Shown here: piece by piece, positions 1 to 12,387 of the stretch
Numbering within the stretch: position 1 is the first letter of the stretch
How the letters are laid out: each line of letters starts with the position of its first letter
The notes under the pieces: model-generated
What the model was told of the DNA's origin: nothing
What the model saw: only the letters and a program-made list of their open reading frames with translations
Database searches by the model: none
Position numbers and translations under genes: made by a program
Assembly (NCBI GenBank): GCA_035221665.1
Contig: CM069142.1
Coordinates: forward strand, 56,482,001-56,546,000
Length of the DNA stretch: 64,000 nt
Direction: 5' to 3'
Source: Okamejei kenojei
Lineage: Eukaryota

Positions 1-172
1 TGACCAAGGAAAGGTGGGGACCACAATGGTCCATTGTTGGTAATAATGAAGGGATATATAGATGCAAACAGTGCAAGTGGCAGAATTAGCAATGCAACTT
101 TAGAATGTACCCGAGCCTCCCTTCATGCCTAGGGTCTTTACTGACAGCGGCGCTGGCAGTGCTGCCACTCAC

Positions 173-209
173 TTGTCCTTTGAAACGCAGGAAAACAAAG
201 TAAGACCAT
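173..209 (-). CDS. Candidate first coding exon (MVLLCFPAFQRT + 1 nt) of the neighbouring gene, possibly a class II cytokine receptor
   Basis: Strong Kozak (ACAATGG), hydrophobic start, consensus donor AA|GTGAGT at 172-167 (phase 1), CpG-rich surroundings and a TATA-like run at 343-358. Identity is inferred from synteny only. Confidence 0.4.
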
Positions 210-651
210 TGTCTTCAATTTAACGAGGTTATTTCACACGCAAAGAAGAGTTTCAAAATACCGGGAGGTAATAAGAAACATCTTCCACGTACGCCGGCCA
301 TTGGAGGATCCATGTAGAGACATGTTAATCAACTGTCCTCGCTTATATAAATATATATTGATTAATATCAACTCAGAATATGCACATTGTCTTCACCTCG
401 CCGACCATTCGCTTGAGAACGGTACGCGTTGAAATTTAGCATTGTAGGAAATATTACCGTGAAATAAATACCTAATTTTTTTTGTGCGACTTAAAGACCA
501 AGAGAAACTCTCGATAAACGTTTTTTGTAAGCTTAAAGGCAGGTGGCATAACTCAAAAAGCAAATGCCGCGGATGCAGGAGAATCTGAAACAGTGCAGGA
601 AAATGCTGGAAACTCAGGTGGCCTCTCTGGAGAGTGAAACTGAGTTAATTG

Positions 652-815
652 TAGAAACAAGGAACTGCAGATACTGGTTTACCAAGGAAAATACACTTTG
701 CTGGAGTGACTCAGCGGGTCTGGTAGCATCTCCGGAGAACATGAATGTGTGACTCGAAACGTCACCTGATCCATGTTCTCCAGGAAAGCTGCCTGACCCA
801 CTGAGTTACTCCAGC
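652..815. mobile_element. Palindromic Penelope-terminus-derived element
   Basis: Arms TGCTGGAGTGACTCAGCGGGTC... and ...GACCCACTGAGTTACTCCAGCA are inverted. The same sequence forms the 3' terminus of the Penelope copy at 45228-45324. Confidence 0.85.
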
Positions 816-861
816 AATTAGCAATTGTGTATTTCCTTAATTGAATGATTGAAAGATGCAT

Positions 862-1110
862 CATTGAAACAGGCCATTCGGCCCACCGAGTCCAAGTCGA
901 CCATCGATCAGCCTAGTTCTATGCTATCCCACTTCCGCATGCACTCCCTACATATTAGGGGCGATTTACAGAGGCCAATTAACCTACAGACACGCACGTC
1001 TTTGGGATGTGAGAGGAAACCGGTGCACCCGAAGGAAACCCACGCGAACTTGCAAACTTCAAACAGACAGAACCGGAGGTCAGGATTGAACTTGGGTCTC
1101 TGGCGATGTG
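862..1110 (-). mobile_element. HE1-type V-SINE
   Basis: Reverse complement of the SINE at 1755-2020 (B-box GGTTCAATCC, V-domain TTTCCTC.CACATCCCAAAGAC, tail GGGCCGAATGGCCTGTTTC). Confidence 0.88.
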
Positions 1111-1754
1111 AGACATGTTTGAAATCAATAACCTTTCAGTAGAATTAGTCATTGCACCGAGGATTATTATGAAACTATCCTTGCAATTTTCAGTTATAGC
1201 AAATATAGAAAGAAGATCTAAAAAATACATAATAATGATCGAACAACCATATTCGTTTTTTTTGCAGAGATGACGGCTCCCCTCCCCACACGCATCCCCA
1301 CCCCAAGTGCCAACACAAAGCGACAGACCTTATTAAGCAGACTCACAATTCGCTCAACACATTCACTCACCGCCAAGTTCCCTGGACGTGCTGGAAAAAC
1401 TAAACACACACATACACACGCTGAAATGAATCAACGTAATGCTTCTAGGTGGTAGTTTTGTAGATCCGAACAAAGAAAATATCTATTGTCAATATAGACG
1501 CTATAACTTTTTAAATAGACACGCTTCCTTCGATTAGTTGTTTGTACCAGTGCAGGTTGTTTGAAAAATGATGTGCGAGGAAAAATCATGCTGCCTTTAC
1601 ATTTGAGTGTCCTTCACACCCACGGTACATGTTTGGTTAATGATTTTATGAGCAATGTGTTGGTATTTTAATCGCATTTGGGACCAGCATCCGCAACATA
1701 ACAGGTTAACTTGTGGAGAGAGCTCTGCATTAAGTCCAGAGCCGGTCATGCTTC

Positions 1755-2020
1755 TCAGGCGCTGGAGACCCGGGTTCATTCCTGACGACAGGGTGTTTGT
1801 ACGTTCCCCCGTGACTAGCGTGGGGTTTCTCCGGAATCTCCGGTTTCCTCCCATACTCCAAAGACGGACAGGTTTGTAAGTTAATTGGTTTGGTATAATT
1901 GTAAATTGTCCCTAGTGTGTGTCGGATAATGTTAGTGTGCTGGGATCGCTGGTCGGCGCGGACTCGATGGGCCGAAGGGCCTGATTCCGCGCTGTATCTC
2001 TGAACGAAAACCAAACTAAA
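1755..2020 (+). mobile_element. HE1-type V-SINE
   Basis: tRNA-like B-box (GGGTTCATTCC), V-domain CTCCGGTTTCCTCCCATACTCCAAAGAC, CR1-like tail GGGCCGAAGGGCCTG and (CTAAA)-type end. Confidence 0.9.
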
Positions 2021-3565
2021 CGTACAGTCAGTCACCTTGCGACTTGCTGGTAGGTTAAAATATAATTATCCAATGCATAACGGGAAAAGATTCACACTGG
2101 TCAGTGTGAAAAGACATCGAAATCATAATGGATCTCGCTACGACAGAACAGGGCAACTCGTTTTGCGCGGCAGAGTGAGTCTAGATCGCCTGTAGACGAT
2201 TGTAATTTAAAACATTGGACCTAGATTATGCCAGGTTGAATGACCAGTTGTCAACTTTTGTCAGACACAGGGAACCTATATTTAAAACGCGCTGTTAACC
2301 CAAGTGATATTCCATTTTATATAAAACACAGCGTGCTTCAAAAAACTGGAGCGACCTGCTACAAATGAAGCATTTCATTTAAGTCTGGTTAATTTATAAC
2401 ATTCAGAGGAAACGGGACAACTGGCAGGCGAAGGGAACGTTTCACTCAGTTTGAAAAGATTCCTGTTTTCTCATTTTGAGAGAAGCCGTCTCCAATGTTG
2501 GGTGCATTTAACCTGAAAACAAGCCTTTGAAAGGCACAGAAGAGCGAGTGTACTGAGGGATGCAAAGGAAAACAAAGGTGCCAGTGAAGTCACTTCCCTG
2601 CATTGGGTCCAGCCATCCGCTTTCTCCATGGTCCCATTGAATGGACAGAATGCCGCAGGAAGATGGAGAATTAAAGGGAACAAACCATCAATGCACAGTC
2701 AAAGGAGAAGAGGCGGCAGCACATGAGCGGATATCTGCTTCACTTTCACTCCCCGTCTGGCTCACAAAGGGGGCTTCTGATGAATTATGGAATATTCCTG
2801 GCGTCAATGAAAATGGTCTCGGAAGATGCTAAAAGGGGGGAGAAAATAGACTACTATTATTATCACTTGAGGAAATATAAAAGGGAGCTTTTGGGAAGGA
2901 AAACTGCAAGAAAACAAGAAAAACAACAATGTCTACAAATAAACAAATAATATAGATAAAGAAGGACGTGAAGTGCTGGAGCAACTCAGTGGGTCAGGCA
3001 GCATCTCTGGAGAACGCGAATAGGTGATCCTTCTGGTCGGGACCCTTCTTTCGACTGTGCCTTGTTTTGTAAACCAACATTAGTAGTTTTTTGTTTCTAA
3101 ATAATATAGATAATGTCCCTGTGGGCCATAGATTCACAGACATAGCGCTGAAACAGGCCCAACTGATTGATGCCCACCAAGATGCCCCGTCTGGATGGAA
3201 ATCATTATTTCAATTCATTTTCAGGTGTTTCAACAAGCAAACAATATCTATCCTAAATGTAGACATAATTGAATTTATAAATAAATTACTTCTGTTGAAT
3301 GCCTCCATTGCTGCATCAGAACATTGGGAAACACATTTTGTGATGTTTAACGTGAGTACAGTATTTAAACAGAACACATGTCAAGCGCTGACCATGAATA
3401 GAGATTGTGCCATCATTTTCAACCAGACACCTTGCAGAGATGTTTGTTTATCTCTCATTTAACCAATAGTGGGTTGATGGATTGGAAACTCAGTTGCCCC
3501 TCTGGGCTTGTGCGTGGCTTTTGCTTGGCCTATCCTTGTGGCTGGAGTGGTGCAATGTTACTGCG

Positions 3566-3663
3566 AAGATAGACACAACAAGTTGGAGTAACTCAGCGGG
3601 ACAGGCAGCATCTCTGGAGAGAAGGAATGGGTGACGTTTCGGGTTGAGACCCTTCTTCAGACC
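3566..3663 (-). mobile_element. Penelope terminal-repeat fragment with hammerhead core
   Basis: Minus strand reads CTGAAGAAGGGTCTCAACCCGAAACGTCACCCATTCC... Confidence 0.85.
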
Positions 3664-4419
3664 TGGTTTGCACTTAGCAAGGAGGGCCCTCTTAATGATC
3701 ACTTTTCATGCATCTGATACAGTTGTTGGCAATTAAGCTTAATGTTTGGATTTTTGGCATTTATTGACTGAATGATGATGACACAGGAGCAGTTCTTTCC
3801 AAACATACATTCTAACAAAACCCAAGCAGGAGAAATTGCTAATTAACATTTATATTATTCCTAAGACGGCTTGAAGGGTTGAATTGTAAAATGTTTAGAA
3901 TTTCAAAGAAATCCCTGGAATCATGAATTGGATACTCTAGTAATTGGTTATTGTCTTTCACTCTCTCATTGCCTGCATCGGTGTTCTCAAAACATTTAAT
4001 TTCTACTGTATGACTATCACAGTTGGATTCAGAAGGCCGACAGTGCATCATTTGGCTCAGCATAGGCGATGCCACGAAAAAAGCCACCAGTCCTCATTAA
4101 AATGCCAAACACCTTCACCCATTCATTTGAAACAGTTTATGCCTTTCTGCTTATAATGCTTTTTCCACTCTGCCATGGACTGCAGAGCCATCAATTAAGG
4201 GGCCATCAATTAAAGTTACATGACAGGAATTCTCAAGTGAGCGATGAAAGCTTTGCTTTGCAGACAGAATAAATTGGATGGCACTTTGTTATTTATTTTC
4301 CATTGGTGCAGTAGTGGAAATAGTGAAATTTAAAAAAATCATATTTTCTGGATATCAGTTTTATGTCATGCCATGATATGTCTTCTCCTTCTTAGACAGT
4401 TCCTCAGGTCAGGTATAGT

Positions 4420-5350
4420 TTCTTTCCACTCAACTTCTCTGGGTTCTGAGATGGCTGATTTGGTGAATGCAACGGATGGGACAACAAGCACTTCACGAGG
4501 CAGTGTGAGGGACCAGTGGGAGGAGATCTACAATTTATGAGGTCTGCTCTTTTTGTTTTAACTTCCATGTAGTCTTGATGGAGAGATTCAATACTCTCAT
4601 TGCATCCTACACATTCTGCTTCCATTTGAATGGTTATAAGCCAGGGAGTCTTATAAGTTAGTGTGGCTGTTACATTATTTCAAGGAGACTTTGAGAAGCT
4701 CCTTTATAACATTATCTAAGCCCTCCTGGATATCTCTTGCTGTGCTAGAACATAGAGGAGATGTGAGCTTGATTTTGTATCTAGTACTGGACATGTACAA
4801 TGATGTTGCCCATCCATGGGAGTGGATTGCTACTATTGGAGTCCCAGTGCTGGGATGTTGGTCTGGGAGAGAATGCTGATATTGGTTCATCAATGATTTG
4901 TAATAATTTGTGATGGTATCTCTCAATTGCTTCAAGGTGTCTGCTGTAGATAGATTGTAACATCAAAAAAGTTCAGGTGAATTTGGATCACTGCTGTCTG
5001 TAGATTATGAGCTTTGTACTAGTTGAAGGTTCTTGATATATGAACACACTTGTCCTCAGATAGCCAAAGATTGTGCTGGTGCTCTGGATGCCATGATTAA
5101 TGTCATCGTGAATGTCAGCATTTGCCAAGGAATGGCTCATGAGATATATAAAGTGAACCATGTTTTCAGGCTCTTTTCATTGACCTATATTGTTGGTGTG
5201 TGATGTTACGTAGCATTGGTACATTGGCAGTGGACTTTTAACTTTCAATTATTTAATAAATGGATCACAATGGCTTGGGCTCCAAACATGCTCAGATACA
5301 ATCATCAGCCCTGCACTGCAGCTTGATGACTGAGGTTGAAGTGACCTTAA
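4420..5350 (-). mobile_element. Decayed RTE-clade LINE, 3' part of ORF
   Basis: Frameshifted remnants YSRHL...YHHKLLQII, LPWMGNI and KELLKVSLK resemble the post-RT region of RTE elements (LRWxGHV...YKDxLKxSLK). Confidence 0.7.
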
Positions 5351-6514
5351 TTCTGGAGTGAAGGCAAACACTGTTGAACAACTTACTATTTATCCTACAT
5401 ACTAGTACCACTTCTGTGGTAAGTTTGTTGAGGGATGAGGTGCAATATTGTGGAGAAAAATATGAAAACAAAAACAAAACGTCAGAGTCTTGCTTAATTC
5501 TAGTCTGATTAATCCATTGTCTTACATTCCACCATGTGGCAGATGGAAAATGGTGACACATGTATGTGTAAAGTGAAATTGGAGAATGACACACCCCAAT
5601 TCCTCTCAATGGACAAAGTCAATGTATTTTGTAAGATCAAAAGAGCTATGAATATATTATATGGAAATATTTTAAAATATAATAAAATCTTATTTGAAAT
5701 TTGAAACAAATAAAATGGCCACTGTTAGTCACCCGTGCATCTTAGTTCTTTTACTTATCTAGTGAACACACACACGACCAGTAAAACACTATCTTTTTGG
5801 GTGATATCCATTAAGAAGGCCCTTCCACATTCATCTGGGAACTTAAACCTCTGTATTTACTGGGAATGATGTACACCTTCAGCCTCTTTTTCAATTCTCT
5901 CATATTCTGAGAATTGTCTCATATGACAACTATTATTATTTTATTAAAATCAGTATGTAAGAAAATTTCTCAATTGGTGCATGGGATTGAAAAAGCTGGT
6001 GATGCATAGGTTATAGAAATATGAGAGGATCTTGGTCAACAAATCTAGTAATAAAAATGAATTGCGGATGCTGATTTATACTCAAGATAGACACAAAATG
6101 CTGGAGTAACTCAGCAGGTCAGACAGCATCTCTGGAGAACATGGATGGGTGACACTTCAGTTGGAACCATTTGCCTTGTCTTCATTATTATGATCAGCAT
6201 TCTTATTATTATTATTATCTTCCTCTCCTATATCATCCAGCAAAAAGAAAATCACTTGTTCATCTTTAATATCAATCTCCCATTCCTCATTATCCTCTGA
6301 TCACCATTTTTGTGAAGGGGCTGAGGAGAGAGTAAGTAAAAGGGACACATACTGTAAATGAATGGAAGCTAATCTGCTGTTTTACAATTATGGTTTTTAA
6401 CCATGATTAGAGCAGAATGCTTTTATGTAGCTCTGTGGTCTGCTCTGCATGGTGAGCAACTCAATCAAGCCTGGAATGGTCTTTCCAGTCCATTAGTCTT
6501 TGCTTGCTGGTAGT

Positions 6515-6875
6515 TATAGGGTCATAGAGTCATAGAGTGATACAGTGTGGAAACAGGCCCTTCGACCCAACTTACCCACACCAGCCAACATGTCCCTGCT
6601 ACACTAGTCCCACCTGCCTGCGATTGGTCCATATCCTTCCAAACCTGTACCTTTCTAACTGTTTCTTAAACATTGGGATAGTCCTAGCCTCAACTACCTG
6701 CTCTGGCAGCTTGTTCCATACACCCACCACCCTTTGTGTGAAAAGGTTACAGCTCAGATTCTATTAAATCTTTTCCCCTTCACCTTGAACCTATGTCCTC
6801 TGGTCTTCGATTCCCCTGCTCTGGGCAAGAGACTCTGTGCATCTACCTGACCTATTCCTCTCATGATTTTATACA
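6515..6875 (-). mobile_element. CR1 LINE 3' end
   Basis: Encodes a R.F.Q.VV..WN.LP-type terminus on the minus strand and has a (CTCTATGA)n tail. Confidence 0.85.
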
Positions 6876-7150
6876 ATCAAAAGAGGAGAATCATTAAAGG
6901 ATATCTCCCTGGTGGCATTAGGGGGCTGATCTGAACGATTTGCTTGTTTCTGTCTAATGTGTTTAACCAAGAAGCACAAGGAAACACCTGCATTGTCCCT
7001 TCCAAGCTGCACAACTCTCTGAATGGAAAATTTAGTACCATTCCTCCATTGCTACTTGTTCCAAATCCTGGTATTCCTCACTCAACATGACCATGGACGT
7101 ATCTTCACTGGATGGGATATTACAGTTCAGGAACATGGCACCATCTTCAT

Positions 7151-7204
7151 GGGATGGAAGATTGCAACCTTCACGAGGTCCGCCCTGTTTTGACAAATGT
7201 AATC
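7151..7204 (+). ncRNA. HDV/CPEB3-like ribozyme fold, copy 1
   Basis: P1 GGGAUGG/CCGCCCU (one A-C mismatch), P2 GAUUGCA/UGUAAUC, P3 ACC/GGU, L3 UUCACGA, J4/2 CAAA (candidate catalytic C at 7194). Confidence 0.75.
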
Positions 7205-7288
7205 AACCCTGCATGCAAAATCAAATAAGATCAAATAGAACAAGTTGTCCTGCAACATTAGGCTGTGCACGCCATATGCAAGAAGAAG
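7151..7288 (+). mobile_element. ~140-bp ribozyme-headed short retroposon, copy 1
   Basis: Homologous to 13660-13799 with the same 5' end. (GAA)n tail. TSD ACCATCTTCAT (7140-7150) / ACCATCTTTAT (7289-7299). Confidence 0.9.
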
Positions 7289-8679
7289 ACCATCTTTATA
7301 ACGACAATCGAGTACAGGCTCTCAATGCTATCCTTGACCAAAGAAGAATAAATAAAACAAAAAGTTGGTTTGTTTATTTAGTTATTGCAGTAGATGAACA
7401 GCTCACTGATGACCATAATGCCCCAGGAAGAAAGAGGATGGCAGTCATTTTATTACCCTTGCGTTTTCCCTTCAAGTTATTGCATGTTTACTCACAGGTC
7501 TGAGATTACAAATGTCAGTCATTCCTGCACATATTGATCAAATCAGTTTCCTGAGATTTCATCCTTGAGTACTCTTCAGGTTTTCTCCCCATTTCTGCTC
7601 TGGATCCAAGAGTTTCTGAAGGTTGACAATGAAAATGTTTAGTTCTTCTTTTCTATACCTTTACAACTTTCATGTTCCTTCTTTGGGTACATCTGGCAAG
7701 TTCTGCCAGTTACAAAATTGATGCATGATTCATTCTTAAATGTGACTTACAATTCTGCAAAATATTCAGTCAACTTGCTGTATTTTCAAATTATTGTGGA
7801 ATCTTTATAATCTGCTTCCCTCTCCAAGAACACCCCATGAGTGAAAACAGAATACATTTTTTGACATTTCTGCCACTTTTTATTTGTCACTCTTGTGGAA
7901 AATGTAGTGCCAAGGAGCAAATGAATTGGGTCCTGGTTCAATAACAATATACACCAGGTCCACATTGACGTTTCTAGATGCTGGTTGCACTTTATGGAGT
8001 AATAAGGAAGTCAATTTCTGATAATTGCTCACTATATGCTGTGTTGGAACAATTTTTTTGACTCTTTGTCAACATGAATTTGCATTTATCTTTGTCACGG
8101 TGAACCATGTTATGGTTCAGACAAACTCAATGATATAAAGGAAATGACGTTGCAGGCTCAGCTCTTGGACAAATACCTCAGAAAGGTTGCAAACTGACTT
8201 ATTTAATCCCAAGGAAAGGGATATTAATTGTTGGGAAAATAGGTTGTATCAGTGCCTCATTATACTTCGCTGATTTAATTCAAGATTGAAATCAATACCA
8301 GATTTCTATCTCTCCCCTCCCTTCCCTCTCCCTACAATCAGCCTGAAGAAGGGCCTTGACCCAAAATATCACCTATCCATGTTCTGCCTGATCCGCTGAG
8401 TTACTCCAACACTTTGGTCTCAAATGTAACTGTTGGAGTTCAAACCTAGAGACACAACCCCATCTGCAGAAAGTACAAGCAGTTCCTTGGGGTTCAACTG
8501 TCTGTCAGTTGAGGGTTCTTTGCCTTCCCTTTCTCTTCTTGACTTTGAGGACAGTGTGCATTTAGCTAAAGTAGGCCATTGGCTCACGGAAGGTATGATG
8601 CCATTTGAGCTGACCAACATGTTATACTTCTCACAACTTGTGATGCCTGAGCTTGAGTCTTCTTGTGTCTTCAGCTTGA

Positions 8680-8812
8680 GTCTGAAGAAGGGTCTCGACC
8701 CGAAACATCACTTATTCCTTTCCTCCAGAGAAGTTGCCTGACCCGCTGAGTTACCACATCATTTTGTGTCTATCTTTGGTGTAAACCTGCATCTGCAGTT
8801 GCTTCCTACACA
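8680..8812 (+). mobile_element. Penelope terminal-repeat fragment (another at 8338-8420)
   Basis: GTCTGAAGAAGGGTCTCGACCCGAAACATC...CATCTGCAGTTGCTTCCTACACA. Confidence 0.85.
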
Positions 8813-11800
8813 TTGTGATATCTATATCTGTTTCAGTGAGATATATTTTCAGAATGTCTTTCTAGAATTATTCAAGAGTCAAGATGAGAGTGTTTTATTA
8901 TCATATGTACAGAAACAGAACAACGGAATTCTTATTTATGTTGATCAGCACTGGCTCTCAAAGGTTTAATGGTACTTTATTATCACTTGTCCTGGGATAC
9001 AGTTAAATAGTTATTTGGGCACAGTTCAGTACAGGTATTGCTATACATAAGCACATCTTAGATGCAGTACAAATGTATAGAAATAGTACACTGAGACAGC
9101 AGACAAGAGTCGTCAGGTTTGGGCACCATTTTCAAGTCCCACTTGTTGTAAGTGCAGAATTCTTAACCTGACCATGAAGACCTGTTGCTCTGGCAATGTT
9201 GCAGGGTTGGCCTGGCCAAGCATAGCCGTAGGTGACCTCCACCGCTCCTTGAAGCTGGAGGTTGCATCTGGTCTGCGTGCTTGGCCTCTTGGAGCGGCGC
9301 CCGATCCAGCCTCCAGTGGCCCGTGCTACCGCCGAGGTGAACTGCATTGCCTCCTGCAGCTGGTCTGCTTACCGGCCCTCTATTTCACATGTCCGCCACC
9401 ATCACTGACATTTTCTCACCTCTCCGGGCCTTGAGGACGAGCAGGGAAGTGATCGATGGCATGTCTCTTGGGGACGGTCTGTTACACGGCACCGTGGTTG
9501 CCTCTCTGACCATTGGTGACATGAGAGAAATGGACTCATGGGGAAATTAATTGTGGCATTCACACACAATATCTGACCCATGGATGTTATGTAAGACCAT
9601 TAACTCAAAGCTGGTAATATTGGCTTTGGTGAAATTACTGCCAGTAGTGCACCAATCCTCCCACTTGGTGCATTAGCACTTCTGGAATATTTCTCTCTTC
9701 TCCATTTATAGTTCTAAAACCAGTGGAATTGTTAAATATTTGGGAATGGTTTGTTTCCTTTGCATAATTGGATGACTACTGTGGAAACAAGGTTGGAGCT
9801 GAGTTATATTCCCTGATTTATGTATTTCCCAAATTTAGTTATGTATATTTCCATTCCCATTGGAGTTATTATTCCCATTCCCATTGGGTTTGTGTCTCTG
9901 GGTTTGAACTCCAACAGTTAAATCTGGGACACGTAGTGCTGGAGTAACTTTTAGTTATGATTTGTAAATAAATGAGAAATGTTCAGCTTAATTGCCAAAA
10001 TAACAATTTTAATTTGAACCATCTTACCTTAAAAATACTGATTATCATATCAACATTTTGTTCTGATCCCAAAAGTAATTCAGTGAAGCAAAATTACTGG
10101 AGATTTAAAGCATATGGTTTTGATTTACTTACTTTGCAAATCATCATCATGCCTGCAACAAACATTGCCTAGAAGTTTGTATTGATTAAAAGACAAATAA
10201 AAGGAATTTGGCATCAGTTCCCCGAGCCAAATTATGGTTGTTTTGTTTCTGGCTTTTGTTTGGTTGCTGAGCCTTTAACTACTTATTCTTTACAATATTG
10301 AAAAGGCATTATATATTTCTGATCCAGCTCTCCAGGGTTTTAATGTTTGGTTGGGAAAGACAGGTGCAGGCAATGGGAAAGTAGATAACTGCCTGCACCT
10401 CAATATCCCAAAGGAGATAATGAGAAGTTTACAAGCTGCTAATAGAGTGGAACCAATGCTGGAAGAATGCTCCTTATAGAACGCATGCAGTCAGGGGGCT
10501 GCAGGTCTTTGGGAGAACCTCCATTTGGCCCGTTATCGTGACAATGCTTAAAATGGAGATTGAGACAATAAAGCTGTCACCCTGCCAGAGACTGTCTGAT
10601 TATTACCATGTTACCATTCTGTTTGTCTCACAGATGTCCCCATATATTACTACTAATTATATTATCATAATGTTCTTATTAATGTCAGAGTTCCTATTGT
10701 GACGCCAAAGGCAATTGCAAAACATGGTGATTTGCTTCTGTTCATGTTGACCCCGGTAACTTAAAGCAGAGTGTACCTCTGTTACTTGGCTCATTCAAAA
10801 AATAAGTTGGTCCTATTCAATGCGGTAGTATTGTGGTTAGTTTTGGTTTGTTTGGAAGTCTGTATTCAGTTTTTGTAAGTTGAAAACAGTGTCAGCACAC
10901 ATGCTGGAAGATGAATGGGCCCCCACTGTGCGGCAATTCCTATGATTCAGAAGAGAAGGGGAAGGGTGAAAACATTGGTGGTGCAAATAAAACCTTTCAG
11001 CATAAATTACATTCAACATGAACCAATAGATGGGAATGAATGTACAAGTCTGCCATCTCATTAAATGGTTAAAAACCTCAATTAGTTAATATATTTCACC
11101 TGTTCAAATCTTCTATTGGAGAGGCGTGGAGTTGCTTGCAGATGTCACATTTTGCAAATTAAGCAGACTCTCAAAATCCATATGGAATATTATGCAATGT
11201 TAGATCATTAAGAAGATTCTCAAAAATGTATATGAAATAGTATGCAACATGTGACAACTGCAAGCAACCCCATATCTCTCCAGTAGAACCTTAGAACAGT
11301 TGAAAATAAAACAGTTAGCCCAATTATAATTCTTACTATTTTTGAATAATTCTGAACAACTTATTACCATCCCACAATAAAATAAAGCATGATTTTCTTT
11401 TAGGAATATGGTTATCAGGGCCTTTCTTGAGAATCATTTACAGAAGGCATGATAATTCTATATGTAACTCATTGATTTATTGCCATTGACTTAAAAAAAA
11501 GAATATATGTTTCTTTCTTTCTTTAACAATAACTATTTGCCTTTCACTCTAATGTTTGAACGTACCACTTGTTTTTGCCTTGTACATTTTCTGTCTTATA
11601 TGTTTACTTGTTGTCATGTTAATGGTAGCATGAATGGAAAACATTCAGATAGCTGCACTTTATACATAACTCTTTTCTGATATCCATATTCCTTAAATAG
11701 TGCTGAAAGATTGTGACTCATTCATTTCCAAAATGTTTACCAATTAAAATATGGATAATTTCAAATATCATTAACCAGAAGAAACCAATAACTCAAACAC

Positions 11801-11857
11801 AACTTCCATTTAAATTTAATTCACTTGAAAAAATTAACAGGATAAATATAATCTTGA

Positions 11858-12166
11858 GTGGCACAGCTGGCGGAGCCACTGCCTCACAACCCCAGAGACC
11901 TGGGTTCAGTTCTGATCTTGGGGGCTGTCTGTGTGGAATTTGTATATTATCTCTGAGGCCACATGAATCTTCTCCGGGGCTCTGGTTTCCTCCCAAAGAT
12001 ATGCAGGTTTCTAAGTTAATTAGCCTCTGTAAGTTGCCTCTTGTGTGTAGGGAGTGAATCAGAAAGTGAGATAACATAGTACTTGCATGAATGTGTGATC
12101 GATAGTTGATGTGGACTCTCTTGGCCAAAGGGCCTGTTTTAATGCTGTTTGTATAAACTAAATTAA
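11858..12166 (+). mobile_element. HE1-type V-SINE, diverged
   Basis: GGCACAG head, GGGTTC B-box, V-domain and GGCCAAAGGGCCTGTTT tail. Confidence 0.85.
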
Positions 12167-12387
12167 CTAGACATGTATTTAAACTGATTTGAAGAAAAAA
12201 GAGCTGAAACAAATGTTGTTCGCTCGCCAAATGCCCAAGTGGAGTTCTATGCATATTATGACGGTGCTGGAGTAACTCCTCAGCAGGTCAGGCAGCATTC
12301 ATGGAGGGAATTAATATTATGACAGTCAGAACTGACTAAAGTAAAGATTTGAAAATTTGATCATTTTCGGTCAAAACAAACAACGTT

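Noticed and set aside
7087-7503. 138-aa ORF with similarity to ORF 13663-13902
   Set aside because: The similarity comes only from the shared 140-bp element; the rest is unrelated.
11160-11250. ~50-bp diverged tandem duplication
   Set aside because: Two units only, AT-rich, with no sign of function.
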